The position numbers and the translations under genes are program-made. A DNA stretch of 61,642 nucleotides, the filler included, from Trichosphaerium sp. ATCC 40318 (lineage: Eukaryota > Protista > Tubulinea): the NCBI GenBank assembly GCA_038496445.1. It is 3 parts of 3 records of this genome, joined end to end, with 100 filler letters (N's around TTAATTAATTAA, not from the genome) between each part and the next. Parts side by side here need not be neighbours in the genome. Positions count along the whole stretch, not along the records: positions 1 to 28,907 come from JALMLS010000616.1; 2 more parts are not named here. One strand, written 5' to 3'. The notes beneath the pieces were generated by a model, which saw only the letters and a list, made by a program, of their open reading frames with translations, was not told the DNA's origin and searched no databases. This document shows, one piece after another, positions 1-12,220 of the stretch. Each line of letters starts with the position of its first letter. Position 1 is the stretch's first letter.

Positions 1-2874
1 CACGTTTCATTATAAAATATAATATCAGCTGTATCATCAACGAACAATACAAGAACCTATGAACAAAGTGGGAAAAGAGAAGAAGGAAGCTGGCCGTTGA
101 AAAAATAATGTAAAAAGAAGAACAAACAGAGTTTAGCTTAAGTACGTACTGTCACTACGCACTCAACTGGATCAAAAGTAGCTGTAATCTTCTTCATAGC
201 GGTTTCTTTTAATACAGCAGTTGTATATGTTGGTGCGAGGAACATTCCAGAAGTATCCTAGCGTCATAAAGTTAGAACCAACAAAGGTTTCACTTTGTAT
301 TGTAAATTGTTTTGACGTACACTGTAAGCACGTATTGTTACTTCTGATGGAGTATCCACATACACAATTAATAAATCTGCGTTTATCGCTGTTTCCATTG
401 CAATAATAGCAGATACTTCAGATTCAAGTGTGGGTATACTTAACGTAATATTTGTACTTGATGAAAAAGGTTCTTGATCACTGGAGCAATTTACTAATGA
501 CTTGAAAAGATATAGCAGCTTGTCAACACCATTAGGTTCAATAGTGTATAATGTATCATTAATGGATGTAGTAGATATACTGTTTATATTTATTGATGCT
601 ACAACACCTGATAGGGTGTTTGCATGAGCGAGAAAACCATCACCAAAAACCTTTTCGAACTAGGTTAGCATTGTCGCAGAGTAAAGCAAATTGTTTTTTT
701 TTGGTCTTTATCCTTGTTAGTCTACGATAAAAGGATGCCCATCAACTCATAAACTCTTCGGGAGCGTGTAATTGTAGGGTTGTTTTTTATTGCAAAGATT
801 AAAAAAGAAGTTGAACAATCAACTATTTTTTCAATAGTAAGTACCTTGGATGTGTTTGCATCTACTTTAGCGTTACCTATGACGTGCTCAACAGCAAGGT
901 CTAGTACTAAAATCTTTACAAAGCATCCAGGGGTATTCATACTGGTTATACTGTACTGGTAGTTAATAGCTGCAATCGCTTAGTAAAACAAAGTTAGTTA
1001 TTTTGTTGGTAAGTTCTTTTAGTACTTCTGTTGAATGTGAGTATCTCAAGCGGGGATCCTTCACTTATTATGTACATATAAGAATCGTCTGAAGGGAATT
1101 CTACGTCAAGAAGAAATCTTTCCTTTCCAGTACCTGTTCAGAATTAAAAAAAGTACAAAAAAAAAACAATGTGGAGTAAAAAACACGCTCTCGTTCTATC
1201 TATAGTATGTGAGCTAAAATGCGCTTATGTAGTATGTAAAATATCAAATTTACAAGACATCTGGTAGAACGAGAGTAGGTAAACTGACAAGCACTTTTTG
1301 AACTCGGAAATTAGAAACCACGTGCTATAGATATTCAATTTTAATAATAACTTACTTTGGAATTCTGCTTTATCAAATGATACGTAGTATGCAATATCAG
1401 GTGTACTAGCTATTACCTCTTCTACATCACCTTCATCTATGACTGACGGCAGCTACGCAATCAATCAGATTTGATTAAAAAAAAAGCAACAAAACGCACA
1501 GTAATGTTGTCCGTTGCACTTATAAACCTGTACGAGAGCATTCCGTTTTCGGCTATGAAAACGAATATTACTTTTCTGTTGCCATGCGCTAGGATTGGTC
1601 CAGTAACAGTGTCGGTAAACCCAACACCGTTGGACGTGCCGTTGAAGAACTCTTTTTGGTTTGTTAGTTGTCTCTTGCTGAACTGACTCAAACAATTTAT
1701 ACGCACTTCTGGGCGAGGCTACATCTATTGACGTGTTGCTTGATCCTATTTTAATCAGATTTGCACAACTACAATTTGGGAACCTTCAAAAGCATAGAAA
1801 TATGATGCAATATCGTTGTAGACGCCGAAAGTAACATCTGCAGCAACTATAGAGTTGAATTGATTTGTAAGTTGGCTGGCGTCTCTAAATACATTGAACT
1901 GCGGGTCTGAAAACATAGCCATAGCGACTAGGTACTGTTGAAATGGTTGCTTTGGAAAACAAACGCTGTACGTGCCAATTACTTGGTTAAGCGCTATAAT
2001 TGCTGTAACCGCTCTGTAAATGGTCATTGATAACCCAACAACGGAGTGGCTTTATTAGCAGGCCAATCCGCGTTTCTTGGATTTGACCTGAAATAGTGAG
2101 TACTATTTTATTTTATCGCTAAGCCTAAGGCCACTCCCAATTTGTAGCATGCACGTGACTTTTTGCACTTATGCTCACGTAAAGTACTCCATAAGGATAC
2201 ACTAATGGTATAGTATAGCTTGCAGAGTTGCAAAAGGCTACCTATGTTCACAAACCGTCTCGAAAAATCTGGTTTACCTAACACAAAATATCGTTATTTC
2301 AGGTCAAATCCCTTGTATGTCTGGAACTTCTGCAAGTTCTGGAAGTTCCCTACTTTTAGCTTCTTTTTGCTGTGCCGTACACGGCTGAGGTATAAGAATA
2401 AGTGCAATTGAAAGAGTATTTTTCTAATTTTGTAAAAGGGCAAAGAGAAGTTAGTAATGAAATTCCGGAATGTTTCAGGTAAAATATGAAGAAAAGTATA
2501 CGAATGGTTTGGCTTCTCTTTGCAAACGTGTTCGCAGATTTCATTAATTGATTCGCCCTATTTTTTTTATGTTGAAGTTAACATCAATTTTCAGCACACT
2601 GTTGTCCACTACGAAACTGTAGGTTAAGATGACTACTTGTGTACCGTATTGAGAACTGAAAGTATCTCTGCCTAAACGTTGGACAGGTATAGATGACACA
2701 ATGTCCAGCACGTGCCACTGAAATCTGAGATTATTGTTTTAATAAATAGCCTGAGCAAATTTCGCTGATAGGTCATTACAGATGCTAGTATTGATGGGTT
2801 TAACTGCAACAGAGCTTATTCCTAAGCGTTGTGCGATATAGGATAATTTCACTCGAACATTTAAATGGCTCATA
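1..2874 (-). CDS. Multi-exon gene, probable surface/membrane glycoprotein of unknown family; runs off window start; one exon interrupted by a MITE
   Basis: Short minus-strand exons join in frame across GT/GC-AG introns (...KYSFNCTYSYTSAV|ELPELAEVPDIQ^ETRIGLLIKPL|PIIALNQVIG|...; ORFs 1755-2027, 1461-1706, 722-940). N-x-S/T rich, with a hydrophobic stretch near the window start. Start position uncertain. Confidence 0.45.
2079..2311. mobile_element. MITE (non-autonomous DNA transposon), 233 bp
   Basis: Perfect 17-bp terminal inverted repeats GGATTTGACCTGAAATA (2079-2095) / TATTTCAGGTCAAATCC (2295-2311), flanked by direct CTT (2076-2078, 2312-2314). Removing it restores a continuous minus-strand exon. 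Confidence 0.75.
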
Positions 2875-2879
2875 TACTT

Positions 2880-4264
2880 TTATTGTGTCCTTGCTATATT
2901 GTACCGGCCTTCAAGGGAATTCGTAGATACATACGATAATCCAGAATACGTAAAGTCATCCCTTCTAGCTTTATGCGTACTCCAGAATTGCATCAATCCA
3001 TCAGTGCAACATAATCCCCATTCTCCTATTCTTATACCGCATTGGAATATGAAAGATAAAATCAACACGTGTTTGTCACTTCCTTGTGATAGAACCTTGA
3101 CTGTGCTCCTTATTGATAGTAATATCAGCGTTACTACGCCACATATAGCAAAGAAACAACCAAGTACAAGAAAGACAAATAACTAAAAGGGTGATAAGGA
3201 CAACAAAAAAGTGAGCTTAGTTAGTCCGTACTTTTCTAACGATTGACATTGATTGTGGTGGCTTTTCTTTAAACTGCAGTGGTATACACATAACCTTCAA
3301 AGCAACGAATCCTCCCATCAAAATGCATATACCTACATACAGTGCTGTAATACCATAGTTGATGGAATTCACTAGTTTAACTTCTGGTATTGATACTTGT
3401 AAAATATAAAAAGCAAGTTCAGAGCCAGTGATGCAGATGCACATGAAGAGAAATACTCCAGCTAAAACAGTAAAAAAGCCAAACTTCTCATTATAGAGTT
3501 CATGGAGCGCAAAAGAATAACGTGCCAAACCAAGCAGCCAGGTAGAAAACCTTCAAAAAAGTACATCAATTTGGTTAAATGAGTATTAGTTTTCGTTTCG
3601 CACAACATCACAAAGCCATCAAAGAAGTTGACTTGATGATAATGGTGCGCCAAGTAATACAATGCTATTGAATTTTAAGAACTTACACAAGAGAAACCCC
3701 TAAACCTTGAAGAATTGCGTCAACATAGAACGGAATAATGTGGTTTAATGAGAAGGGATCAGATCCAAACCATACTACTCTGACTAGATAATAAAGTGTC
3801 ACAAATCATCATGTCGCGTATAAATAGACTATCACGTGACTTTAAAAGTAAAGGTACCGATTATTGCGCCAAAGATTGTTGAAAATTGTATCACGTGCAA
3901 TAAAGTCAAGTTTAGAGGTCTACGCGCGTAGAGAAACCCAGAAATGACGAAAAAGAATATTCCCCACAGAGATGCACCAATAATTTGGAATGAAAGGATG
4001 TAATGTTTACCTAGCACATCAGATATACTTAATTGGCAATCAGCACCTAAAGCGGATAGTATTAAATACGAAATAGTACGAAATGATTATAGGTTGTCAA
4101 AAAACAACAAAAACCTTCTTTTTGGTTCTTGGTGTTCGTTAACTAACGTAGTGATGATCACGTGATTTTTTTTTTTGATTTTATTTATCGGCCGTACCAG
4201 TGAAGAATTCAAAGCAAACACATTCATTCATAGAGTTATTAAATCCGTTACCATTGCAGTTCAT
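2880..4264 (-). CDS. Multi-pass (probably 7TM) receptor-like protein with N-terminal EGF-like motif
   Basis: Spliced N-terminus MNCNGNGFNNSMNECVCFEFFTG|ADC is EGF-like. It is followed by hydrophobic exons (ORFs 3832-4017, 3217-3528, 2880-3068, plus RVVWFGSDPFS), resembling GPR137/TOM1-type 7TM proteins. Confidence 0.6.
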
Positions 4265-4410
4265 TGTAAAACGCAACGTTTTGTTTGTTTTACAGCGCTT
4301 AACTGTATTAAGTACATTTCAAGTAAAACCAGTTTGCACCATAACCTTTGATTGTTAGTGCGTGTGCGTTTACAACATTAGAAGACAAAAATTAACTAGG
4401 ACAGAGTCCA

Positions 4411-5170
4411 ATGGCGGTAAGACGCAACAATATCGCTTTAATCAGGTATCATTCTAATTGTACTAGGTTCCTTCTTCAGATTTAGACACTTGCTTACTTT
4501 TAAAGCTTCCGGTGGAGGTACATCATTGTATTATGGATTTAGACTTAAAAACGTATCTAAAATGGCCTATACTATCAAAATACAGCGCAACAACATCAAG
4601 GTTTGATAAGGATTTGAAAAAACACGGGAAATGGCTAAATATAGAATGGTTCGCTGAAGTTCGTATTAATTTATCCCAACTCCCTATGTTTTTGCGAAAG
4701 AACAGAGAAGTATTGATCAAAGCTTACTGGAGTCATGGAGAACTTTCTGGAAATTATACAAAGTGGTATGCCAATGGTAACTTGGAGCTACAAGGACAGT
4801 TTGTGAACGGTAAAAGGCATGGTGAGTTCAAACGTTGGATTCGCAGGGGTGACTTATATTCTGTATCATGTTATGTAAACGGAGAAAAGGTAGAGTACAA
4901 ACAATGGATTAAACGCAAGCTATTTGAGCACTCATTTTATAAAAAAGATAAGCTAGAAGGAGAGCATAAGACTTGGCATACTAATGGCCAGTTGCAGGTA
5001 AATGTTGTTTTGTTTTTTAAACTCAACTTTTATTGAAGGTGCACTGCTTTTTTGCCAAAGGCCAACGGAATGGACTGTATAAGCGATGGAATAAAAAAGG
5101 CGAATTGACTAACATGGAGACTTATGATAATGGTACAAAGGTGGTTGACAACTTTGTAAAAACACAATAG
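4411..5170 (+). CDS. F-box-like + MORN-variant (YwqK-like) repeat protein
   Basis: LLKLPVEVHHCIMDLDLKTYLKWPILSK is F-box-like. Repeats follow: GNYTKWYANGNL, GEFKRW, GEHKTWHTNGQLQ|VHCFFAKGQRNGLYKRWNKKGEL. Intron at ~4998-5038, stop TAG at 5168-5170, first exon uncertain. Confidence 0.7.
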
Positions 5171-5532
5171 AAACACTTTTTCAACAATTTTGTTGTACAG
5201 CTATCTTTTGCTTTTTATTGGATTGTGCTTGCTATTGTGAAGGTTTAGTACGTGTCAAATTAAAGTAGTTTAATAGCAGCGGCTTTGATACGCTACAATT
5301 GTAGACAGTACATTGCTGTAAACCACGTGGCACCAAACAATAAATCTCCAGGTTGTAATCTTTGTTTTGGTTGCACGTTGGGAAATTAAGTTATTGGATT
5401 GCTTCTTTTTTGTCCTTAACAAACTTATGTATTGTACAACAGAATGGAACGTCTAGCTAAATTTATTTCTTTAAAAGTATCGAATATGAAAATCATTTAC
5501 ACACATTTTGTAATCTCAGGGACGTTTCAGTT

Positions 5533-6030
5533 TTAAAAGTCACCAAGCATGGTGCTGCGGCATGCACAGCAGCTATCCGTGGCGTGTTTACAGATGGTAC
5601 AAGCAATCATAGTAACAACCACAACAAGTAATAAAGATATCGTGACTGCTCTTGGTAGTCTTGAACCATCTTCCGTCGTTTCGGAGCACGTGGAAAGTGA
5701 TGAGAATATTCTCATTAAAGTTGAATCTTGGGTAATGGCCAGTAATACTAATACAACGTACCATTTAGAGTGGCACACTTTGTGTTGATTATCGCTGTAC
5801 ACCAATGGAATGTTGCAATTTGGGATGTTTTTGATACGTTTGTGAGTTATATTTCCATTCAAATTAACGCACTCTGAACAGACTTAAGCAAAGTTCCAGT
5901 GGGTAAAGAGAAATCTCCTAAGAAACTTTATGTTTGTAAAAATGTCTCCTTTACCAATCATACAAGAATGAGAATTTGTATATCCAATTAGGAAGGTTGC
6001 CGTCCAAGTTATTAAACGAAAGATCTCTAT
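5533..6030 (-). pseudogene. 3' remnant of an LRR + transmembrane (receptor-like) gene
   Basis: DLSFNNLDGNLPNWIYKF is a plant-type LRR. An in-frame stop precedes a Cys-containing segment, a TM helix (AVTISLLLVVVVTMIACTIC) and a Cys-rich tail (ORF 5533-5862). No 5' part is visible. Confidence 0.4.
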
Positions 6031-6098
6031 TATAAAGTTTTTGAAGTGCTGAGAACCTTGGCTATAGTGCACTCTTGTATTTAAAATCAAGCTTAATT

Positions 6099-8667
6099 TT
6101 ATTCAGTACGTATAGAACACAGTAAGTAAATCCTTGGCACCATATCTTATTTTTTTCCATTTGTCTTGATTTAGGAGAGGTTCTAAGTCAACTTCAGACA
6201 AATTTCTACATTTCAAGAGACAAAGATGCTACGCAAATCTCATCAGTATTTACCAAAAAAGGTGCACAAAAACCAAGGAAAAAAAGAGAGAAAATAACTT
6301 TAAAAGTTTTATGACATACATTTAACTTTGGTAGTGATGCGAATATCGGAACTACTCTAGGTACTAAATCCTTTATCCTTATGTCCAAAGTTGTCAAACT
6401 TGTAAGATGGGAGAGCCTAGACACGAAGTTATGAAACAAACTAAAAAAAGGACAGCTGTTCATGAATCTTTACCTCACCACACTTCTGTGAGTAATCTCA
6501 GGTGAGCTAAATATTTGCAACATCTCTAGTGTATCCTTACACTTTCCAGAAACAAAGTTACATAATCCCTAACAATAAAATTTATGAGAAAATGAACTAG
6601 TCTTTAAAGTAAAGATGCACCTTATCTGTTACACCACATTCAGCAATTAAAATCTTTTTAAGAGCAGGGAGTCGTCCAAGATAAGCAATACCTTCATCTC
6701 CAGCGTTTGTACGCCATATATTAAGATTATTTAGAGTATGTATTTCACAAAGATGCTTGCATCCTTCAGGTCCTAAATTGCTCACAGCTCTCAAACTAAG
6801 AACTCGTAGATTCCGGCAGGATTTCAATTCTGCAACACCCAAGTCTCCAAAACTGGTATCGGCCAAGTTCAGGTTGGTCAGATTTACCCATGATGTAATT
6901 ATATCACTACTGTCCTCTATAACCAATTATGTTAATGTTTCATCGAAAAAATGAAGGAGAAAGGCAACGTAATGTACCAGTTAAGTTACAACAAGATACA
7001 TCGACCCGTTCTAGTTTTCCAATGGATCGAAACGGTTTTAACTCTTTATCACCCATATGCCGTTCCCTGGTCGGTCCTGGATTAAGAAAGGGTTGTACTC
7101 CAACACTTGCTGAGAATACTTTAAGGTGCTTAAAAAAAGTCAACAGAAATAAAGAGTATGAGGTGAGTTGTCCTTATTTTGTACCTTCAAGCGTGACATG
7201 TGTTCATAAGCTTCAACACCGCGGATAGGTGCATTCATAATATCCAGTGATGTCAGATTTGTAAGGACTTTTGTCAAAGCAAGGAAACCAATGTTACCAC
7301 AAGCAGTTTGACAGAGTGTTATGTACTGCAAGTTGGTTAAACTTGTCAAGTGAATAACAGTGTTGTCGTCAACACTTGTGCTGTTAAAAAGCGATAACTT
7401 GGTGAGATTAATTAATTCCGCAACAACAGAAAGACCTATAACAACATCATTAATCCACAAAAACAGAACCAAGACAACACAAACTTTCTGTTGGTTTTTT
7501 TTTTTTCGTACCATAATCATCGGATAATGACTCAGAAAGAACCAACGAAGTTATTTGTGTAAGAGGTTTAAGACACTGAAGTACTTTACTATTTGTTTCT
7601 TTTAGTTCCAAACTCAACGAAGTTATATTAGTGCAACACTCAAGAGGTTTTAAAGCATCGTAAGGTACACGCCATTGTACTAAAAAAAAGTTAACAAACC
7701 AGTTTATGAATGTATGTTTCACCATTTGATACTTTGAGCTCCTGTAAGTTTGTTAAGTTTTTCAGGAAACCAAAATCAATAGATTCAATATGCATATAAC
7801 GAAGTGTCAACTTTGTAAGTGATACCAAGTGTGAAAGCGCTTGACAATTTAACGTTTTCACAACCTACAAAAAAAACCCTTTAAGAATCTCATAGGAGGC
7901 ATAAAATCTGTCACCTTTGGCGGTTTAAGATTGCTATCAAAATACTGTCCGCTTTCAGCTCGAATAATTAATTCTTTCAGCTTTGTAAAACTACCCAATG
8001 GCTTCACATCAACAAAAGGTGAATCGCCAAATGTCTTTGCAAACCACACAAGTGACAGACTTGTCAAGTACTTTGAAGCGTGTTTAAGTCTATATAAAGC
8101 CTTTGTTACATCTAAAATACGTATTACAAGCTTTAAGGGTGAGGTTGTGGTTCTCTGAACAAAAAAAAGCAAGCACGTGACAAAATGTTGTTTACTTTAC
8201 GATGAGTACCTTTCGAATTGTAGACGCCTTCTAAGCGTTTGAGGTCGAGACAAAGCTCGCTGGGATTAAATAGGTGTAAATGGCAAAGCTCTAGCTTACG
8301 ATGGCGAGCTAGTAACGTTATAACTTGCTCCTATAAAATAGTTACAATTGTTTGACAATGTTGCCTCTTACTTGTACACCAAACGCCAGATTAGACATAT
8401 CAATGCCGTATTTAACGCACGCAAGCGCTGATAACCGAAATAAGCTTGAAGGCTGCCAGGATGCTGGTAAGACAAGTCAACTTAACGCTCTAAGAGTTTT
8501 ATGCGAATTTTTCGAAACGGACCTCTTGATGGAACAGACAGCAGCAAACTTTTTGGAATGTCTAATGGGAGTAATTCTTGAGCGTTTATGTGCATATAAC
8601 GCATAATGTAGCGAAACAGTACATATTCGTCAACATTTAAGTGTAAATCGTTATCTATGTCCGCCAT
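6099..8667 (-). CDS. Multi-exon leucine-rich-repeat protein (RNI/AMN1-like)
   Basis: LRR exons: LTNLNLADTSFGDLGVAELKSCRNLRVLSL, LTKLSLFNSTSVDDNTVIHLTSLTNLQYITL, LTSLTTLDI (ORFs 6206-6463, 6597-6926, 7140-7520, 7450-7725, 7858-8172). Joined by short GT-AG introns from ATG 8667. Confidence 0.7.
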
Positions 8668-9378
8668 GCTCCTGTACATACAATGTTATAACGTATGGGC
8701 CAATCTACTACTAACCACAGGTTTTTTAACGTTTCTGGGTTAGAAGGTTGCTCTGAAGATATGAGCGAATCATCCACGCCGTTTATATACTCTGAGTACT
8801 CTCGAAATGATAATAGCCCGTATTCATCATTTGTAATTTGAACAAACTCTTTAACATACTGTATTCGCAACGGCTTAGATATTGTGGCGTTGTTCATACA
8901 CTTCGAAGTAGTTTTGGTTAAACATGGTTTTTTTTCTGACTTATTTTGACCCATGTGCCGGATCAGTCACATGTCAACTAATTTTACTATCCACAACTTT
9001 GAGTTACTACCCAGAAAGTTTAATCAAGCATCCATGAACTTACTGCAACACGAAGATATTGTAAAGGAGTTCTGCCATCACTTGTCAACCTTTCAATGGT
9101 GCTTGTACTCTCAATTACAAAGAGCGGACCTTTTTGTTGCCACTATCCAAACCGGTTACCATTCCATGATGCTGGCGCCATTATTGTACAACAGTTCTCA
9201 TGCATTCACAGCTCCTGAATATCTATTCTTCCCAAGTACTAGAAGATTGAGTGAATTATTTGTTGGGCATGTGTTGAGCCTCAGCCTCAATAAACTCAGC
9301 GATCGATTTCCACGTACCACACTGGATTTCCTTTCACTCCATAACAACAAACAAATAGTACACATCAGCTTTATTTTA

Positions 9379-9939
9379 TCACAGGCTTACATTTTCTAAC
9401 CATTTATGAATGTCAAACTCGTTTATCACATCATCAGCATTAGGCACGTCATCTAATTTTGGATAGTACAAAATAGCAAGCATGAAATCAAGCTCAAGAG
9501 TTTTAAGAAAAGTAATCCAGAGTACCAGATCTTCTTTTGATGCTTTTGTTCCTTCTTTCGTAAATTCTTTTTTTAGCTCCGCTGCAATCATCAGTTCGTC
9601 TGCGAACCGCCTTGCTTTCACTATGTTACTTACAACGTTGGCTTTCTCCGCAGCCGTGTCTCTCTTTACCCCTGGGCCAGAGATAATACTTTCACCTTCT
9701 GGGTACTGTAAACATAGCGTCACTGTGCCGTGGCTTGAGGAATGGTATTGTAGTGTTAATTCTTTCGTAGTTAATTCAACAGTCCTGGAACGACCATCCT
9801 CACGCGTGTAAAGCAATGTACCGCCATTTGCTGCAAAAACAGCTGTCATTCCGATTAGATTAGGCGAAAACTGGTTGTCATCATACTCCTGTTGAGTAAC
9901 GGATACGGCTTTGTTACCAAAAGGATCATTTTTAGCCAT
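9379..9939 (-). CDS. Hypothetical protein (long first exon; may continue toward ~8655)
   Basis: 186-aa ORF with a donor-like GTAAGC near its end. No recognisable domain. Confidence 0.5.
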   Translation of the reverse strand: MAKNDPFGNKAVSVTQQEYDDNQFSPNLIGMTAVFAANGGTLLYTREDGRSRTVELTTKELTLQYHSSSHGTVTLCLQYPEGESIISGPGVKRDTAAEKANVVSNIVKARRFADELMIAAELKKEFTKEGTKASKEDLVLWITFLKTLELDFMLAILYYPKLDDVPNADDVINEFDIHKWLENVSL

Positions 9940-10337
9940 TGTGGTATGTAGCGCAAAGCCTTTGTAATTGTCAAGTGCTTAATTGTGTTTTTAAGTAAGG
10001 TCGTTAAAATATCTTCAGTGAAACCATTTTATCGATTTTGCACAATATTCAGTTTGGGTAGTCACAAAGATGCATCAAAACTTCTACGTTAAAATAACCT
10101 TTTGCCAACATACTACACAGTCCACGTTTGCACTGTAAATCTATCAGTTAGCACATGTTGACTTAGCTACTCATGTTCTTGAACATTCAATGGAGTGCTG
10201 AGCTTTATTAAAAGAGAACCTTACATTTCTGACTTGATACCGTGTTTGCTGACGCTACACTCAACCACTGATTGACGAGCATCATCAATAAGTATCTCAA
10301 ATTTACAAACATCAACAGTGGAAGGTGTTGAATATTG

Positions 10338-11642
10338 TTAGATAGTAATGTTGAATAAAGGAAACGCAATATGCTCATAATAGTGTTTGTTAAGTCCTGG
10401 AAGAGACTTATAGATATTCTTAGAAGTTGACGTGCATGCTACATCAAGTGATCGAACGCCTTTTAGTGCCAAAACACCCTCATCGGTCACGTTTTGACAA
10501 TGATATAAACTAATTGCATAAACACCAGCCAGCGCTTTAACACCTTCATCTGTTACCAAAGTTCCTTCAAGGTTAATACTATAAACTCCCGCCAATGCCT
10601 TTACTCCCTCATCAGTCAAGCGGTGACAACAACTTAAATCAACACTATGAGCACCAGCCAGAGCTTTAACACCTTCATCTGTAATATGCTTGCAATGGCT
10701 TAAGTCAATCGTATGAACACCCGCCAATGCTTTAACACCATCGTCTGTAACATTTGTACAAGAGCCTAAGCAAATAGTATGTACTCCTGCAAGAGCTTTA
10801 ACACCATCATCTACAACACATGTTTTCATTAGCTCAATTTTATGAACCCCAGCCAACGCTTTAATACCAGCACTTGAAACGTTGGTATAATTTAACTTAA
10901 TTATTTTAACCCCTGCCAGAGCCTTAATGCCATCGTCTGTCACTTGCCGGCAATGGCTTAAATCAATAGCATAAACACCAGCTAGTGCTTTAACACCTTT
11001 ATCTGTGATAAGTCTACAACGACTTAAGTCAATTGTGTGAACACCAGATAATGCTTTAATAGCCTCATCTGAAACACTGGTGCGAGCAAGACCAATTGTA
11101 TGAACGCCAGCCAATGCTTTGATACCATCAGCATTTATCACACTATCACAGCCACGTAAATTAATTGTATGTACTCCAGCAAGTTGCTTAATACCATTGC
11201 TTGTCACACACCGATAGCACAGTACAATTCTATGAATACCAGCAAGTTGTTTAAGATGATCATCTGTTACTTCATCACACAAAGAAAGGTCAATACTGTT
11301 TATGTCAAAGCCAGTAAAGTCAATACTCCTATCAAGCTGATTAAGTTTGAGAGCATAACCACCTTGTAAGAACTTCAGATGCTTTTGTTTTATTGGGAAA
11401 TCTATTATAAGTAAGTTTGTTTTGATGAGATATGGTGCTTTGTTGAATAATTTTTTAAGCTTTCTCCGTGTCTTGATAACAATAGTTCCTCTGTATGCAT
11501 AGTTCAAGTGATTTATTGCTATTTTAGACAATATTTTAGATGTTCGTACTACTGAGCGCATATCTAACATGGATACAAACTGTAGAACATGAACAATAAC
11601 CTCAACAGGGATCTCATCAAAGAATGCGCTGGTTGGCTTCAT
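10338..11642 (-). CDS. Intronless F-box/LRR-repeat protein (giant-virus-like GVHTIDLS repeats)
   Basis: N-terminal F-box FDEIPVEVIVHVLQFVSMLDMRSVVRTSK, then ~13 tandem 21-23-aa repeats (GVHTIDLSxCxxITDEGVKALA). 434 aa. Confidence 0.9.
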   Translation of the reverse strand: MKPTSAFFDEIPVEVIVHVLQFVSMLDMRSVVRTSKILSKIAINHLNYAYRGTIVIKTRRKLKKLFNKAPYLIKTNLLIIDFPIKQKHLKFLQGGYALKLNQLDRSIDFTGFDINSIDLSLCDEVTDDHLKQLAGIHRIVLCYRCVTSNGIKQLAGVHTINLRGCDSVINADGIKALAGVHTIGLARTSVSDEAIKALSGVHTIDLSRCRLITDKGVKALAGVYAIDLSHCRQVTDDGIKALAGVKIIKLNYTNVSSAGIKALAGVHKIELMKTCVVDDGVKALAGVHTICLGSCTNVTDDGVKALAGVHTIDLSHCKHITDEGVKALAGAHSVDLSCCHRLTDEGVKALAGVYSINLEGTLVTDEGVKALAGVYAISLYHCQNVTDEGVLALKGVRSLDVACTSTSKNIYKSLPGLNKHYYEHIAFPLFNITI

Positions 11643-11876
11643 ATTTTGTTTACTATAGATTTAAGTAGTGCTACTGGTGAAAACTTGCGATTGGTTTATA
11701 ATATTTAGTGACCACGTTTTTACTACTCTTGAAACTTGGCGACTATCGGTACAAATTTGAGGCGTAAATATTAGCCAAGCAAAAGCAACACATAAAATGG
11801 CGTCCACCGAAAGCGCTTTGAAACAAACGTATTAATGAAATTAGCTACTGTTTAAAATATTCTTGTCATTTTGGAA

Positions 11877-12048
11877 TGTAACGAACAGTTGTGACTTATG
11901 TGGTAACTAATTTATTATCTATCTACAAACACTTAAACACATACAATCGCTAGATAGCGATATACACACGGAGTCTCTCTAAGCACGTGAATACTCTAAG
12001 TATTCAATGAATCCAATCCTCGAGACTTCTCATCTAACTTATCGTTAC
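11877..12048. mobile_element. Solo LTR (~173 bp), split by the younger Gypsy insertion; last base at 18787
   Basis: Termini TGTAACGA...TCGTTAC[A] form 8-bp inverted repeats once the Gypsy element and one GTTAC are removed. 5-bp TSD TGGAA at 11872-11876 and 18788-18792. Confidence 0.8.
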
Positions 12049-12204
12049 TGTTATGATGCAGATTTATTATCAAAGCGTGTTTATTAAGAATTACGACAAT
12101 TACAAAAGTTACAAAGCGAGAAATAATATTGTGGTATTTGATTCAGTGAAAGAGAAAAGGGACTTCGCTGAAGATACGAATCTTAAGTTAGGTACAACTT
12201 AACA
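12049..12204 (-). repeat. 3' LTR of Gypsy element
   Basis: TGTTATGATG...ACAACTTAACA, identical to 18626-18781. Confidence 0.97.
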
Positions 12205-12213
12205 TTCCTCCTC
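12205..12213 (-). promoter_or_regulatory. Polypurine tract
   Basis: Minus strand GAGGAGGAA abutting the 3' LTR. Confidence 0.85.
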
Positions 12214-12220
12214 GTCTGGA

